Below the pieces are notes generated by a model. It did not search any database and was not told the origin of the DNA. It saw nothing but the letters and a program-made list of their open reading frames with translations. From Thermomicrobiales bacterium (GTDB lineage Bacteria > Chloroflexota > Chloroflexia > Thermomicrobiales > UBA6265), in the NCBI GenBank assembly GCA_039809985.1, contig JBDHWC010000003.1, positions 1,183 to 65,182 on the forward strand: a stretch of DNA of 64,000 bases, read 5' to 3'. Shown piece by piece: positions 18,615 through 27,100 of the stretch. Position 1 is the first letter of the stretch; each line of letters begins with the position of its first letter. Both the position numbers and the translations under genes were made by a program.

Positions 18615-19868
18615 ATGCTGACGGCTCCTTCGCTGCAAGGGATCGACCCGGAGGTCGCCGGCGCGATTCGCCGGGAGGAAGAACGGCAGCGGTCCGGGAT
18701 CGAACTGATCGCCTCCGAGAACTTCGTCAGCCCGGCGGTGCTGGCCGCGGTCGGCAGCGTGCTGACGAACAAGTACGCCGAGGGGTACCCGGGCAAGCGC
18801 TACTACGGCGGGTGCGAGTTCGTCGACGAGGTCGAGCGGCTCGCGATCGACCGGGCGAAGTCGCTGTTCGGCGCGGAGCACGCCAACGTTCAGCCGCACT
18901 CCGGGGCGAACGCCAACCTGGCGACGTGGCTGGCCTTCCTGCAGCCGGGCGACACCTTCTTGGCGATGAGTCTGGCTGAGGGCGGCCACCTGACCCATGG
19001 CTCGCCGGTCAACTACTCCGGCCGGATCTTCGAGCCGCACTTCTACGGCGTCGACGCGGCGAGCGGGCTGATCGACTACGACGACGTGCTGGCCAAGGCG
19101 CGCGAGGTGCGACCGAAGGCGATCATCTCCGGCGCGAGCGCCTACAGCCGGAAGATTGACTTCGCCCGGTTCCGGCAGATCGCGGACGAGGTGGGGGCAC
19201 TCCTCTTCGCCGACATCGCCCATCCGGCCGGGCTGATCGCGGCCGGTCTGCACCCGACCCCGATCGGCCACGCCCACGTCACGACCACGACCACGCACAA
19301 GACGCTGCGCGGCCCGCGCGGCGGCATGATCCTCTGCGGCGAGGAGCACGCCAAGACGATCGACCGCAGCATTTTCCCCGGCATGCAGGGCGGTCCGTTG
19401 ATGCACGTGATCGCCGGCAAGGCGGTCGCCTTCGGCGAGGCGCTCGGCCCCGGGTTCAAGGCCTACGCGCAGGCGGTGATCGACAACGCGGGCGTCTTGG
19501 CGCAGACCCTGACCGAGCGCGGTTTGCCGATCGTCTCGGGCGGCACCGACAACCACTTGATGCTGGTTGACGTCGGCGCGGCGGGGATGAGCGGCAAGAA
19601 GGCCGAGGCGCTGCTCGATCGGGTCGGCATCACCTGCAACAAGAACGCGATCCCGGGCGACACTCGACCGCCGACGCAGACGTCCGGCATCCGGCTCGGG
19701 AGCCCGGCGGTCACCACCCGCGGCTTTGGGCCGGCGGAGATGCGACAAGTCGGGGCTTGGATCGCGGAGACGCTGGCCGCGCCGGACGACGAGGCCGCCC
19801 ACGCCCGCACCAAGGACGAGGTGCATCACCTGATGACGCGCTTCCCGCTTCCGGGGGTCGAAGGCTAG
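18615..19868 (+). CDS. glyA: Serine hydroxymethyltransferase
   Basis: ORF trimmed to the ATG at 18615 after GGAAGGTGG. Contains [14 protein letters not shown], the PLP-lysine motif. Confidence 0.96.
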   Translation: MLTAPSLQGIDPEVAGAIRREEERQRSGIELIASENFVSPAVLAAVGSVLTNKYAEGYPGKRYYGGCEFVDEVERLAIDRAKSLFGAEHANVQPHSGANANLATWLAFLQPGDTFLAMSLAEGGHLTHGSPVNYSGRIFEPHFYGVDAASGLIDYDDVLAKAREVRPKAIISGASAYSRKIDFARFRQIADEVGALLFADIAHPAGLIAAGLHPTPIGHAHVTTTTTHKTLRGPRGGMILCGEEHAKTIDRSIFPGMQGGPLMHVIAGKAVAFGEALGPGFKAYAQAVIDNAGVLAQTLTERGLPIVSGGTDNHLMLVDVGAAGMSGKKAEALLDRVGITCNKNAIPGDTRPPTQTSGIRLGSPAVTTRGFGPAEMRQVGAWIAETLAAPDDEAAHARTKDEVHHLMTRFPLPGVEG

Positions 19869-19876
19869 ACTCGAAT

Positions 19877-19898
19877 GCCGCCGGTCGGCTTCGGCGGC
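19877..19898. terminator. Hairpin between convergent glyA and the small membrane-protein gene
   Basis: GCCGCCG-gtcggctt-CGGCGGC lies in the 36-nt gap between the two stops. There is no clear U-tract on either strand. Confidence 0.4.
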
Positions 19899-19904
19899 CG
19901 GTGA

Positions 19905-20144
19905 CTATTGCGCCAGCATCTCGAACCGGAGTCGTTCCCGCTCCTGTTCGGAGAGCGGACGGCCCGTCAGTTCGATCAGTCCGAGCAACAGCGACCGGGT
20001 CCGGTCGCTCAGCAGCGTGCCGGCGATGATGCCCGCGATGCCGCCGAAGAGCGTGCCGAGCACGAAGAGGGAGAAGGCACGGGAGGCTCCGGCTTCGGAC
20101 TCCTCGGCGACATCATTGTCGGCCGACCGGTCGGCGGTGGTCAC
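19905..20144 (-). CDS. Small single-pass membrane protein (glycine-zipper TM, YtxH-like)
   Basis: 79-aa ORF. GTG start preceded by GAAGGAGGG. TM segment FSLFVLGTLFGGIAGIIAGTLL. Confidence 0.6.
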   Translation of the reverse strand: MTTADRSADNDVAEESEAGASRAFSLFVLGTLFGGIAGIIAGTLLSDRTRSLLLGLIELTGRPLSEQERERLRFEMLAQ

Positions 20145-20199
20145 GCGGCCCTCCTTCGGGCGGATGGCACGGCCAGCGGGCCGCGCCTCAACTCATCGG

Positions 20200-20595
20200 C
20201 TACTGGATGGCGAGCACCGTCGGCGCGTCCTGCCAGAGCTCCTCGAGCCGGTAGTAGTCGCGCAGGTCGGCGGAGAAGACGTGAACGACCACGTCGCCGT
20301 AGTCGAGGACGATCCAGCCGCCGACCGGGTTCCCCTCGACCCGGTCGGGCCGCGTCCCCGCTTCGGCGAGGCGCTGCACGACCTCGCGTTGGATGGCGCG
20401 GAGCTGCCGTTCGTTCTCGCCTGAGCAGATGACGAAGTAGTCGGTGAATGGCGAGACGTCGTGCACGTCGAGGACGAGCGTGTTCGACGCGGGCGTGTCG
20501 GCGATCGTCTCCGCGATCCTGATGGCGACGGCTCGGCCCTCGGCGGTAGGGTCGACGTGAAGGCTGCCAGTGTCGGCTGCGCCGTTGTGGGTCAC
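20200..20595 (-). CDS. rsfS: Ribosome silencing factor RsfS (iojap-like)
   Basis: Contains TDYFVICSGENERQLRAI and GWIVLDYGDVVVHVF motifs. Confidence 0.92.
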   Translation of the reverse strand: MTHNGAADTGSLHVDPTAEGRAVAIRIAETIADTPASNTLVLDVHDVSPFTDYFVICSGENERQLRAIQREVVQRLAEAGTRPDRVEGNPVGGWIVLDYGDVVVHVFSADLRDYYRLEELWQDAPTVLAIQ

Positions 20596-20659
20596 GGTGT
20601 CGATGGGACGCTGCCTCCGGTGAGCAACGGGCGACGAATCGGTCTGAACGCGGAGCGGG

Positions 20660-20731
20660 TGGGCCCGGCAGGGATCGAACCTGCGACCCTGGGGTTATGA
20701 GCCCCGTGCTCTGCCACTGAGCTACAGGCCC
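20660..20731 (-). tRNA. tRNA with CAU anticodon (elongator Met or lysidine-modified Ile2)
   Basis: Cloverleaf GGGCCUG-UA-GCUC..GAGC-A-CGGGG-CUCAUAA-CCCCA-GGGUC-GCAGG-UUCGAUC-CCUGC-CGGGCCC-A. The G1:C72 pair argues against an initiator. CCA is not encoded. Confidence 0.88.
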
Positions 20732-20740
20732 AGCCCCGAA

Positions 20741-20753
20741 CGCATTCTACCCG
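20741..20753 (-). promoter_or_regulatory. -10 element (CGGGTAGAATGCG) upstream of tRNA-CAU
   Basis: TAGAAT (20749-20744) ends 12 nt before the tRNA 5' end. The same 13-mer recurs at 20894-20906. Confidence 0.45.
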
Positions 20754-20814
20754 AGGCATAGACGACAGTGTCTGACAGAGCCAAGCGATATGGCGCCGCG
20801 GCTGGAGGCAGCGG

Positions 20815-20887
20815 AGCGGGAGACGAGTCTCGAACTCGCGACCTAGTGCTTGGAAGGCACTCGCTCTGCCAACTGAGCTACTCCCGC
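20815..20887 (-). tRNA. tRNA-Gly (UCC)
   Basis: GCGGGAG-UA-GCUC-AGUUGGCA-GAGC-G-AGUGC-CUUCCAA-GCACU-AGGUC-GCGAG-UUCGAGA-CUCGU-CUCCCGC-U. Confidence 0.92.
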
Positions 20888-20896
20888 GACCGGCGC

Positions 20897-20926
20897 ATTC
20901 TACCCGGCGTCGGAAGACTCGGACAA
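20897..20926 (-). promoter_or_regulatory. Candidate tRNA-Gly promoter embedded in the 3' end of the hydrolase gene
   Basis: Minus strand: TTGTCC (20926-20921), 18-nt spacer, TAGAAT (20902-20897). The first three bases of TAGAAT are the hydrolase TAG stop codon. The -10 ends 9 nt before the tRNA 5' end. Confidence 0.55.
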
Positions 20927-21676
20927 GCGGCCGGGCGCGCTGGTCGCGAGCGCGGCGGAGAGGATCGGGGCGAGCTCTTCCCGGTCCCGCAGCCACTTGA
21001 CCATCAGGTGCCCGCCGTAGGCGTACTCGGTCACGCGCACGCCCGGCCGATCCCGGAGCGCGTCGGCGTGGGCAAGGTCGAGCAGGTCCTCGCGGCTGAC
21101 ACGGATGTCGATAGCGGTCGAGATGTTGCCGTCGACGGTCGTCCCGAGGACGAACTCCGGGTGATCGGGGCCGAGCTGGGCATGCAACGCCTCGATCTGG
21201 GGTGCCCAGCGGTCGTCCCCGAGACGAGCCCGGTTCGTGGCGTCGATCATCGACTGCGGGCTGAAGGCGAGCGCCGCCTCGGCCCCGAGGCGGACGCCGA
21301 ACTTGACGGCCGCGAAGCCCCCTGCGGACGCCCCGACGGTCACCACGCGGCGCGCCTCGGAACGCTCGACTGATTGACGAAGCACGGTCAGCACTGCATC
21401 GGAGTCGGCACCGTATCCGGGCAGGCCGAGGCAGTACCAGGCGTACCGAAGGTCGCGGACGAAAAGTCGTTTGGTGGGGAACGCGTCGCTCACTTTGAAG
21501 AACTCGAACGGCGGCATGCTGATCGCGCCGGCGATGCCGCCGAAGAGGATCAGCAGGGTGTCGGACTGGCGGGAGAAATCCTCGAGGAGCGGGACGGGAG
21601 GTGTGGTGGCGACATCGCGGCCCTTGCCTCGTCGCTCGCCGCGGGGGTGATCGTCGCGCTTTCGCCGGTCAGTCAA
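20900..21676 (-). CDS. Alpha/beta-hydrolase-fold protein of unknown function
   Basis: 258-aa ORF. First strand TLLILFGG, nucleophile elbow VTVGASAGGFAA. The only in-frame start upstream of the first strand is TTG at 21676, with no Shine-Dalgarno. Confidence 0.65.
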   Translation of the reverse strand: MTDRRKRDDHPRGERRGKGRDVATTPPVPLLEDFSRQSDTLLILFGGIAGAISMPPFEFFKVSDAFPTKRLFVRDLRYAWYCLGLPGYGADSDAVLTVLRQSVERSEARRVVTVGASAGGFAAVKFGVRLGAEAALAFSPQSMIDATNRARLGDDRWAPQIEALHAQLGPDHPEFVLGTTVDGNISTAIDIRVSREDLLDLAHADALRDRPGVRVTEYAYGGHLMVKWLRDREELAPILSAALATSAPGRLSESSDAG

Positions 21677-21692
21677 GACGGTGCGATTTCGG

Positions 21693-21765
21693 TCGGGGTG
21701 AGAGGATTCGAACCTCCGACCTCAGCGTCCCAAACGCCGCGCGCTGCCAGCTGCGCCACACCCCG
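21693..21765 (-). tRNA. tRNA-Pro (UGG)
   Basis: CGGGGUG-UG-GCGC-AGCUGGCA-GCGC-G-CGGCG-UUUGGGA-CGCUG-AGGUC-GGAGG-UUCGAAU-CCUCU-CACCCCG-A. Confidence 0.92.
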
Positions 21766-21782
21766 TGGTTGTCCATCGGCCG

Positions 21783-21812
21783 AGTATAGGAACGGGTTGG
21801 AACGAGCGTCAA
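21783..21812 (-). promoter_or_regulatory. Candidate promoter of tRNA-Pro (and probably the downstream hydrolase gene)
   Basis: Minus strand: TTGACG (21812-21807), 18-nt spacer, TATACT (21788-21783). The tRNA 5' end is 17 nt downstream. Confidence 0.6.
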
Positions 21813-21851
21813 ACGTGTTCTCGGCCGTGCGGGCTCGAGGGAGTGGACGGC

Positions 21852-24128
21852 TCAGCCGGTGTCAGCACGGCGATAGACCCGCACCGTCGGCGAGTCGTAC
21901 ACCGATTGCCAGCCGGGGCCGGGGAACCCCGGTTGCCGGATGCCCGGGTAGGGTCCGGCCGTCGGGCAGAGATGCTGCCACTCCCCGGTTTCGTAGGTGC
22001 CGACGTAGAGGAGCGTTATCCCGTCCTGCTTGGCAAGCTCGCCGGAGGGGTCGGCGAAGATGCGGGCGACGTCGGCCTCGCGCCGCGGAATCTCGGCGAG
22101 GAGACCAGGCTGACCGGCGCGCCATTGCGGTTGGTGGTTGTTGCCCCAGCCGATCAGCGTCGGCACGCCCGAATAGGCCGAGGCGCGATTGAACGGCATC
22201 TGCCCGTTCGGCTCGTACGAACATCCTGCCGCCTCGAGCAGCCGGTCGCTCGTCGTGGCGTGGGTCTGCAGCCAGCGGATCGCGCCGAGTTCGTCCGGGT
22301 TGGCAGATCGGAGATAGGCAATGCCGTCGATGCCTTGCCAGCGGCTGAGATGATCGGTCCACTGCCAGCTGGCCACTGCCGGGTACGCCGCCATCGCGAG
22401 CAGGCTCACGGCCGCGGCCGCGGCGAACGAGACCTTGGCAGCCGGCGTCCTGACGCGTTGCCAGAGACACGGAACGGCCACGGCGGCGGCCACCGCGAAC
22501 AGCACCCAGACTTGGTAGTAGACCTTGAACAGGGTGTTCATCCGGCTCTCGAACACGTCGCGCAGGTAGAAGAGCTCGACCACCAGCGAGAGCGCGAACC
22601 CAACGGCGAACAGCGCGGTGGCGTAGGTGGCCGGCGACCGGTCGTGCCGAAGTCGCAGGCGGATGACCGCGGCGATCAGGGGATAGCCGGCGACGATCCA
22701 GACCGGGGCGCCGAGCAAGATTGCGACGACGCTGACGGCGATCCCGGGCCCGAGGTAGGACGCTCGATCGACCGTTGCCCGCCCTGACAGGCTGAGCCAT
22801 TCGACGGTGAGGAACGCCAGCGCGACAAGGTAAGGGACGCCGAAGATGGTCAGGTATTCGCCGACCGAGGTGCGCTCACCCGGCCAGAAACCGACAGTTG
22901 CCGCGAGCCGGGAGAGGACTGGCACGCCGCCGCGAGCGGTGCTCCCCGTCGGTGGCGCGTAGAGCGCGAAGAACGGCGCCCACGCCGCGATCGCCGCGAC
23001 GACGGTGACGGAGGCCATCGCCACCGCACGCCGCACGTTCGGCCACCAGCGGAACAGGACGGCCGCGACCAGGATGGCAAGGTAGGTTGGGAAGTCCCAG
23101 CTGTTCATGGCGTACAGCGCGCCGACGAGAGCGCCGGAGATCGCCATGCGTGCGATGTCCGGCGGCCCCGTGGTCCGGTCGAGGCGATTGGCGACGGCCA
23201 GCGCCAAGGTCAGGGCGACGAGGGTGTAGGGCAAGGCCATCAGGTGCGGGTGGAGGTCTCCGAGCAGCACGCTGAAGAACGGGAACTCGTTGATCGTCTC
23301 CACCGACGGCAGGCGGCAGTCGTTGGCCACCCGCGGCCCGTCGCAGACGATCCGGCTTGCCCGCCAGCCGATCCCCACTGCCTTGTCCCACCAGAAGGCA
23401 TCGAGGGTCGCCTGGCCGTTCCTCACCAGTGCCAGCGGCGCGTAGAGGTTCCCCGCGACCATCACGGCGAAGGCGGCGACGGCACCGGCTGCCCATGCCG
23501 CGCGACGCCCGAGTCGGGGCCGGACGGCGTTGAAGGCAACGCCGCCGGCGGCGACGAGCGCCATGCTGAACACCGTCGCAAGGCCGAGTGCGAACGCGGA
23601 AGTCGCGGCGACACCAGCAAGACGAGTGACCGACCCAAGAACGACATATCCCAGGTAGTAGTAGTTGATCGACACGCCCGCGAACCACGGGTCCGGCGGC
23701 GGCATGGCCACCGCCCGGGCGGAACTCGAGAGAAAGGCGATGTCCATCGGCTTCTCGGTGCCGACGAGATTCGGTGTGAAGCCGTGCAACCAGACCACCG
23801 CGGCAAACGCCACCAAGCCGACGACCTCGGTCACGGCCATCGCCCGCAACCACTGGCGATCGATCGCTTGGCGGCGGAGGGCGGTCGTCCAACCGACGAG
23901 CGCACCCACCAGCACCATCGAGGCGAGGAGGTTCGTGGAGTAGGGGACCACCCCGAGACTCGCCGGAAACCATGCCAACCAGACGGTGGCGAGCAGTCCG
24001 ATCGGGCGGGCCACCGACGCGCCGCCGTCGGGCAGCCCGGGCACGAGCCAGCGCACTGCCGGGGCCCACGCCCACGTCACCGCGAGCAGCACCAGGTACC
24101 AGCGGGCGACGTCTGGCAGCCAGGTCAC
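21852..24128 (-). CDS. YYY-motif polytopic membrane protein (DUF2298 / Chlor_Arch_YYY-type), function unknown
   Basis: C-terminal 758 aa of ORF 21852..26789. The GTG at 24128 overlaps the upstream stop (GTGA). Motifs GTEKPMDIAF, PPDPWFAGVSINYYYLGY (YYY codons at 23655-23663) and INEFPFFSVLLGDLHPH. Confidence 0.85.
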   Translation of the reverse strand: MTWLPDVARWYLVLLAVTWAWAPAVRWLVPGLPDGGASVARPIGLLATVWLAWFPASLGVVPYSTNLLASMVLVGALVGWTTALRRQAIDRQWLRAMAVTEVVGLVAFAAVVWLHGFTPNLVGTEKPMDIAFLSSSARAVAMPPPDPWFAGVSINYYYLGYVVLGSVTRLAGVAATSAFALGLATVFSMALVAAGGVAFNAVRPRLGRRAAWAAGAVAAFAVMVAGNLYAPLALVRNGQATLDAFWWDKAVGIGWRASRIVCDGPRVANDCRLPSVETINEFPFFSVLLGDLHPHLMALPYTLVALTLALAVANRLDRTTGPPDIARMAISGALVGALYAMNSWDFPTYLAILVAAVLFRWWPNVRRAVAMASVTVVAAIAAWAPFFALYAPPTGSTARGGVPVLSRLAATVGFWPGERTSVGEYLTIFGVPYLVALAFLTVEWLSLSGRATVDRASYLGPGIAVSVVAILLGAPVWIVAGYPLIAAVIRLRLRHDRSPATYATALFAVGFALSLVVELFYLRDVFESRMNTLFKVYYQVWVLFAVAAAVAVPCLWQRVRTPAAKVSFAAAAAVSLLAMAAYPAVASWQWTDHLSRWQGIDGIAYLRSANPDELGAIRWLQTHATTSDRLLEAAGCSYEPNGQMPFNRASAYSGVPTLIGWGNNHQPQWRAGQPGLLAEIPRREADVARIFADPSGELAKQDGITLLYVGTYETGEWQHLCPTAGPYPGIRQPGFPGPGWQSVYDSPTVRVYRRADTG

Positions 24129-27100
24129 GAGATTGGGCCTGCAGGCGGGAGCACCCGGTAGATCGTCGTCCCGGCCTCGCTGAAGACCGGCGCGAGCGCG
24201 GTCGGGACCAGCTGGTCGAATGCGGCGATGCCGGCGGCTGAACCCTGTGGCGTGCAGTCGTTGTCCGGCACGGGGTACCGGCGCTCGACGTCGCCGACGA
24301 TCACGTAGGCAACGTCGTACTTGCGGAGGATTGCCAGTTTCTTGGCCGGGTCGGCTGAGGTGTACAGGGTTCGGACGTCGTCCGAGCGTTCCTGCAGTCC
24401 CTCGAGCCAGCGCTGCTGCTCTTCGTGTCGTTGCCAGCCGAGGATGGTCGGCAGCCCTGTCGCGATCGAGATGCGCGACCCGTTGCAGCGGTACGGTCCG
24501 ATGCTCGCCTCGGCGATCACCGGCGTGCCGACGGCGTTGGCGTCCAGCCAGCGAATCGCGGCGAGATCCCCGGCGAACCGGATCGGCATGTTGCCGTCGG
24601 GGCCGATCGACGGGACCTGGCCGTAGCGCATCCAGTCGTAGGCGTCGAGCGTGCCGCCGCCGAGGGTGTCGGTGAACCGCTGATGCAATCGGGGCGAGAC
24701 GGCGAACACCGGATAGACCGCGGACGCCGCCACCACGAGGGCGAGAACCACCAAGCCGAGTCGCGACCAGCGCTCGGCAGGGCGAGACCAGCCGCCGACC
24801 GTGCCGACGTCCCGTGCGAGGGAGTGCTCCGCGCCGGCCGCGGGTTCCGTTGCGCCGGCGATCATCAGCGCGCACCCCGCGCCGACGGCGACGGCCAGGA
24901 GAACCCAGAGCTGGTTGTAGAACTTGAAGACGGTGTTCATCCGGTAGGCCTCGGTCGAGATCAGGTCGTCCGCGACGACGAAGACCTCGACCCCGGCCCC
25001 GACGAAGGCGGCGGCGGAGACCAGCAGGGCGGTGTAACGGGCCGCGACGCCTTCCGCGGTCATCCAGAGCAACCCCGCCAGCGCGCCGACCGCGAGGAAG
25101 ACGGCCATCACCGCCCAGCCGCGGACGAGCGCGGCCAGCGTGGTCGCGCCGACCGCGCCGAGCCAGACGTACGGCAGCAGGCTCGTCCAGGCCGAGTTGT
25201 CCAGCCGGCTCTGGAGGGCGGACCAACCGACGAGGAGCAGCATCGCGGCGAAGACCAGCAGGCTCGCCGTCGTGGCGAGACCCGCAATGCGGGGCATCGC
25301 CGAGAAAACCTCGCGCACGGCGACGAGGACGGCGAACGTTGCCGCCCAGGCGAGCGGGGCTCGCAGTGGACGAGACCCGGTACCGGCACCTTCCCGGAGC
25401 GCGATGGCAATCAGCGTGAAGCAGGCGAGGGCCATCAGGCCGCCAAGGTGAACGAACCAACTGCCAAGGTCGGTCGGGGCCTTGACGCGGGCGAGCGAGC
25501 CGAACAAGGCCACGAAGTGCTGGTGGAACGGGAGAAACGAGAGGTAGCTGCCGACCGCGAGCAGCAGCGACAGCCCGGCGAACAGCCCGATGCGCGCCGG
25601 CCAGCGCTCGACCGCCGCGGACCACATCAGCACCGCCACGACCGCCAATGCTGCATAGGTCGGCAGGTCCCAAGCGTTGGTGGCGCTCAGGGTGCCGAGG
25701 ACCAGCATCAGGGGCAGCAGCCGTCGGATTCCGTCGAACGCGAGCGTCTGCAAGGCGCTGGTCCCGTGTGGGGAGGACTGCTCGACCGGACCCCGCGCCA
25801 GTTGGTAGCTGCAGGCGATCGCGGCGACCGTCACCGGCAGCGCGACGACGTGGGCGTGCAAGTCGGCGTAGAGGCCGGTGAAGAACGGGAACTCGGTGAT
25901 GGTGTCCGGTATCGCCCGGCTGCCGGCCCAGACCCAGTCGACGAAGGAGTTCAGCGGCGGGACGTGGCCGCTCAGCAGCGTGGCCGCGGAGGAGAGGTTG
26001 CCGAGCACGGAGAGGAACCCCGCCGCCACGAGCCCGGCCGGCACCGCCAGACTCGGCCGCCGGGCGAGGTCGCGCCCGAGCGTGGCCGCCAGCGAGAAGC
26101 CAGCCGCGGCGAGCAGCGCGATCACGGTCGGCTGGGCGAGGTTGAACCCGATCTCGACCGGAATGCCGATCGCCTTCAGCATGAAGGCCACGAGGTAGAG
26201 GCCGTAGTAGTAGTAGTTGATGTAGCCGCCCGCGTACCACGGATCGTACGGCGGGAAGTGGGCGCTGCGCATCGTCGCGTTGAGGTGCGCGAACTCCATC
26301 GGCTTCTCGCCGCCCCAGATCGGGTGCCAACTGTCGGGGTTCAGGAAACGGAACAGCAGGAAGAGGGCGAAGACGGCCCAGAAGACGGCCTCTGCCCCGA
26401 CGACCACCGAACGCTGGCGGACAGGCCGGCGACGGCGCGGGTACCACGTGACGAGACCGGTCACGTAGAGCGCGACGAGGACCCAGATCGCCCGGAACGC
26501 GATGACGCCGACACTGGCCAGGAACCAGACGGCCCAGCCGGCCACCAGCACAACCAGGAGTCGCGCGAACCCCCAGCCGGCGTCGGCGAAACTCGGCAGC
26601 ACGCGCTCGGCAAGCGCCAGGCCGAGGGCTTGCAGCAGGATCAGGAACCCGACCCAGACGACCACCGCGCCGAGCGTGGTCCCGGTGACCGCCCGACTCC
26701 AGCCCGCGTCGTCGACGACCGGCAGCGATGCGACCGGCTGGTCGAGCATCAGCGACACGGTTTCCGGGGCGTGCCGGGTCGGCGACCACGGCGCGGCCAC
26801 CGCCGGCGCCATCAGGGAGCGGTACGCGGTCGGGGAGAGGAGATCGACTTTGCGGTAAATCTCAACGGTTGGATGGTCGTAGTTGACGAACGACTCGTCG
26901 GCATTGCGGTCGTCGAACCGAATCGGGCCGATGCCCGGGGACGTGGTGAAGCTCGCCGCCGGCTCGAAGCCGAGCGCCCCCGACCGGAGGGCGGCATAGT
27001 AGGCCCGCTGGACGGGGTACCGCCACGGGGCCGACGCTGTGCCGGCCACCACTCGGTTCGAGGCGAGGACCACGTAGTCGGCCCTCTGCAACTGCGCGTA

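Noticed and set aside
20592-20996. 134-aa ORF spanning the tRNA-CAU and tRNA-Gly genes.
   Set aside because: It overlaps two well-folded tRNA genes on the same strand, so it is an artefact.
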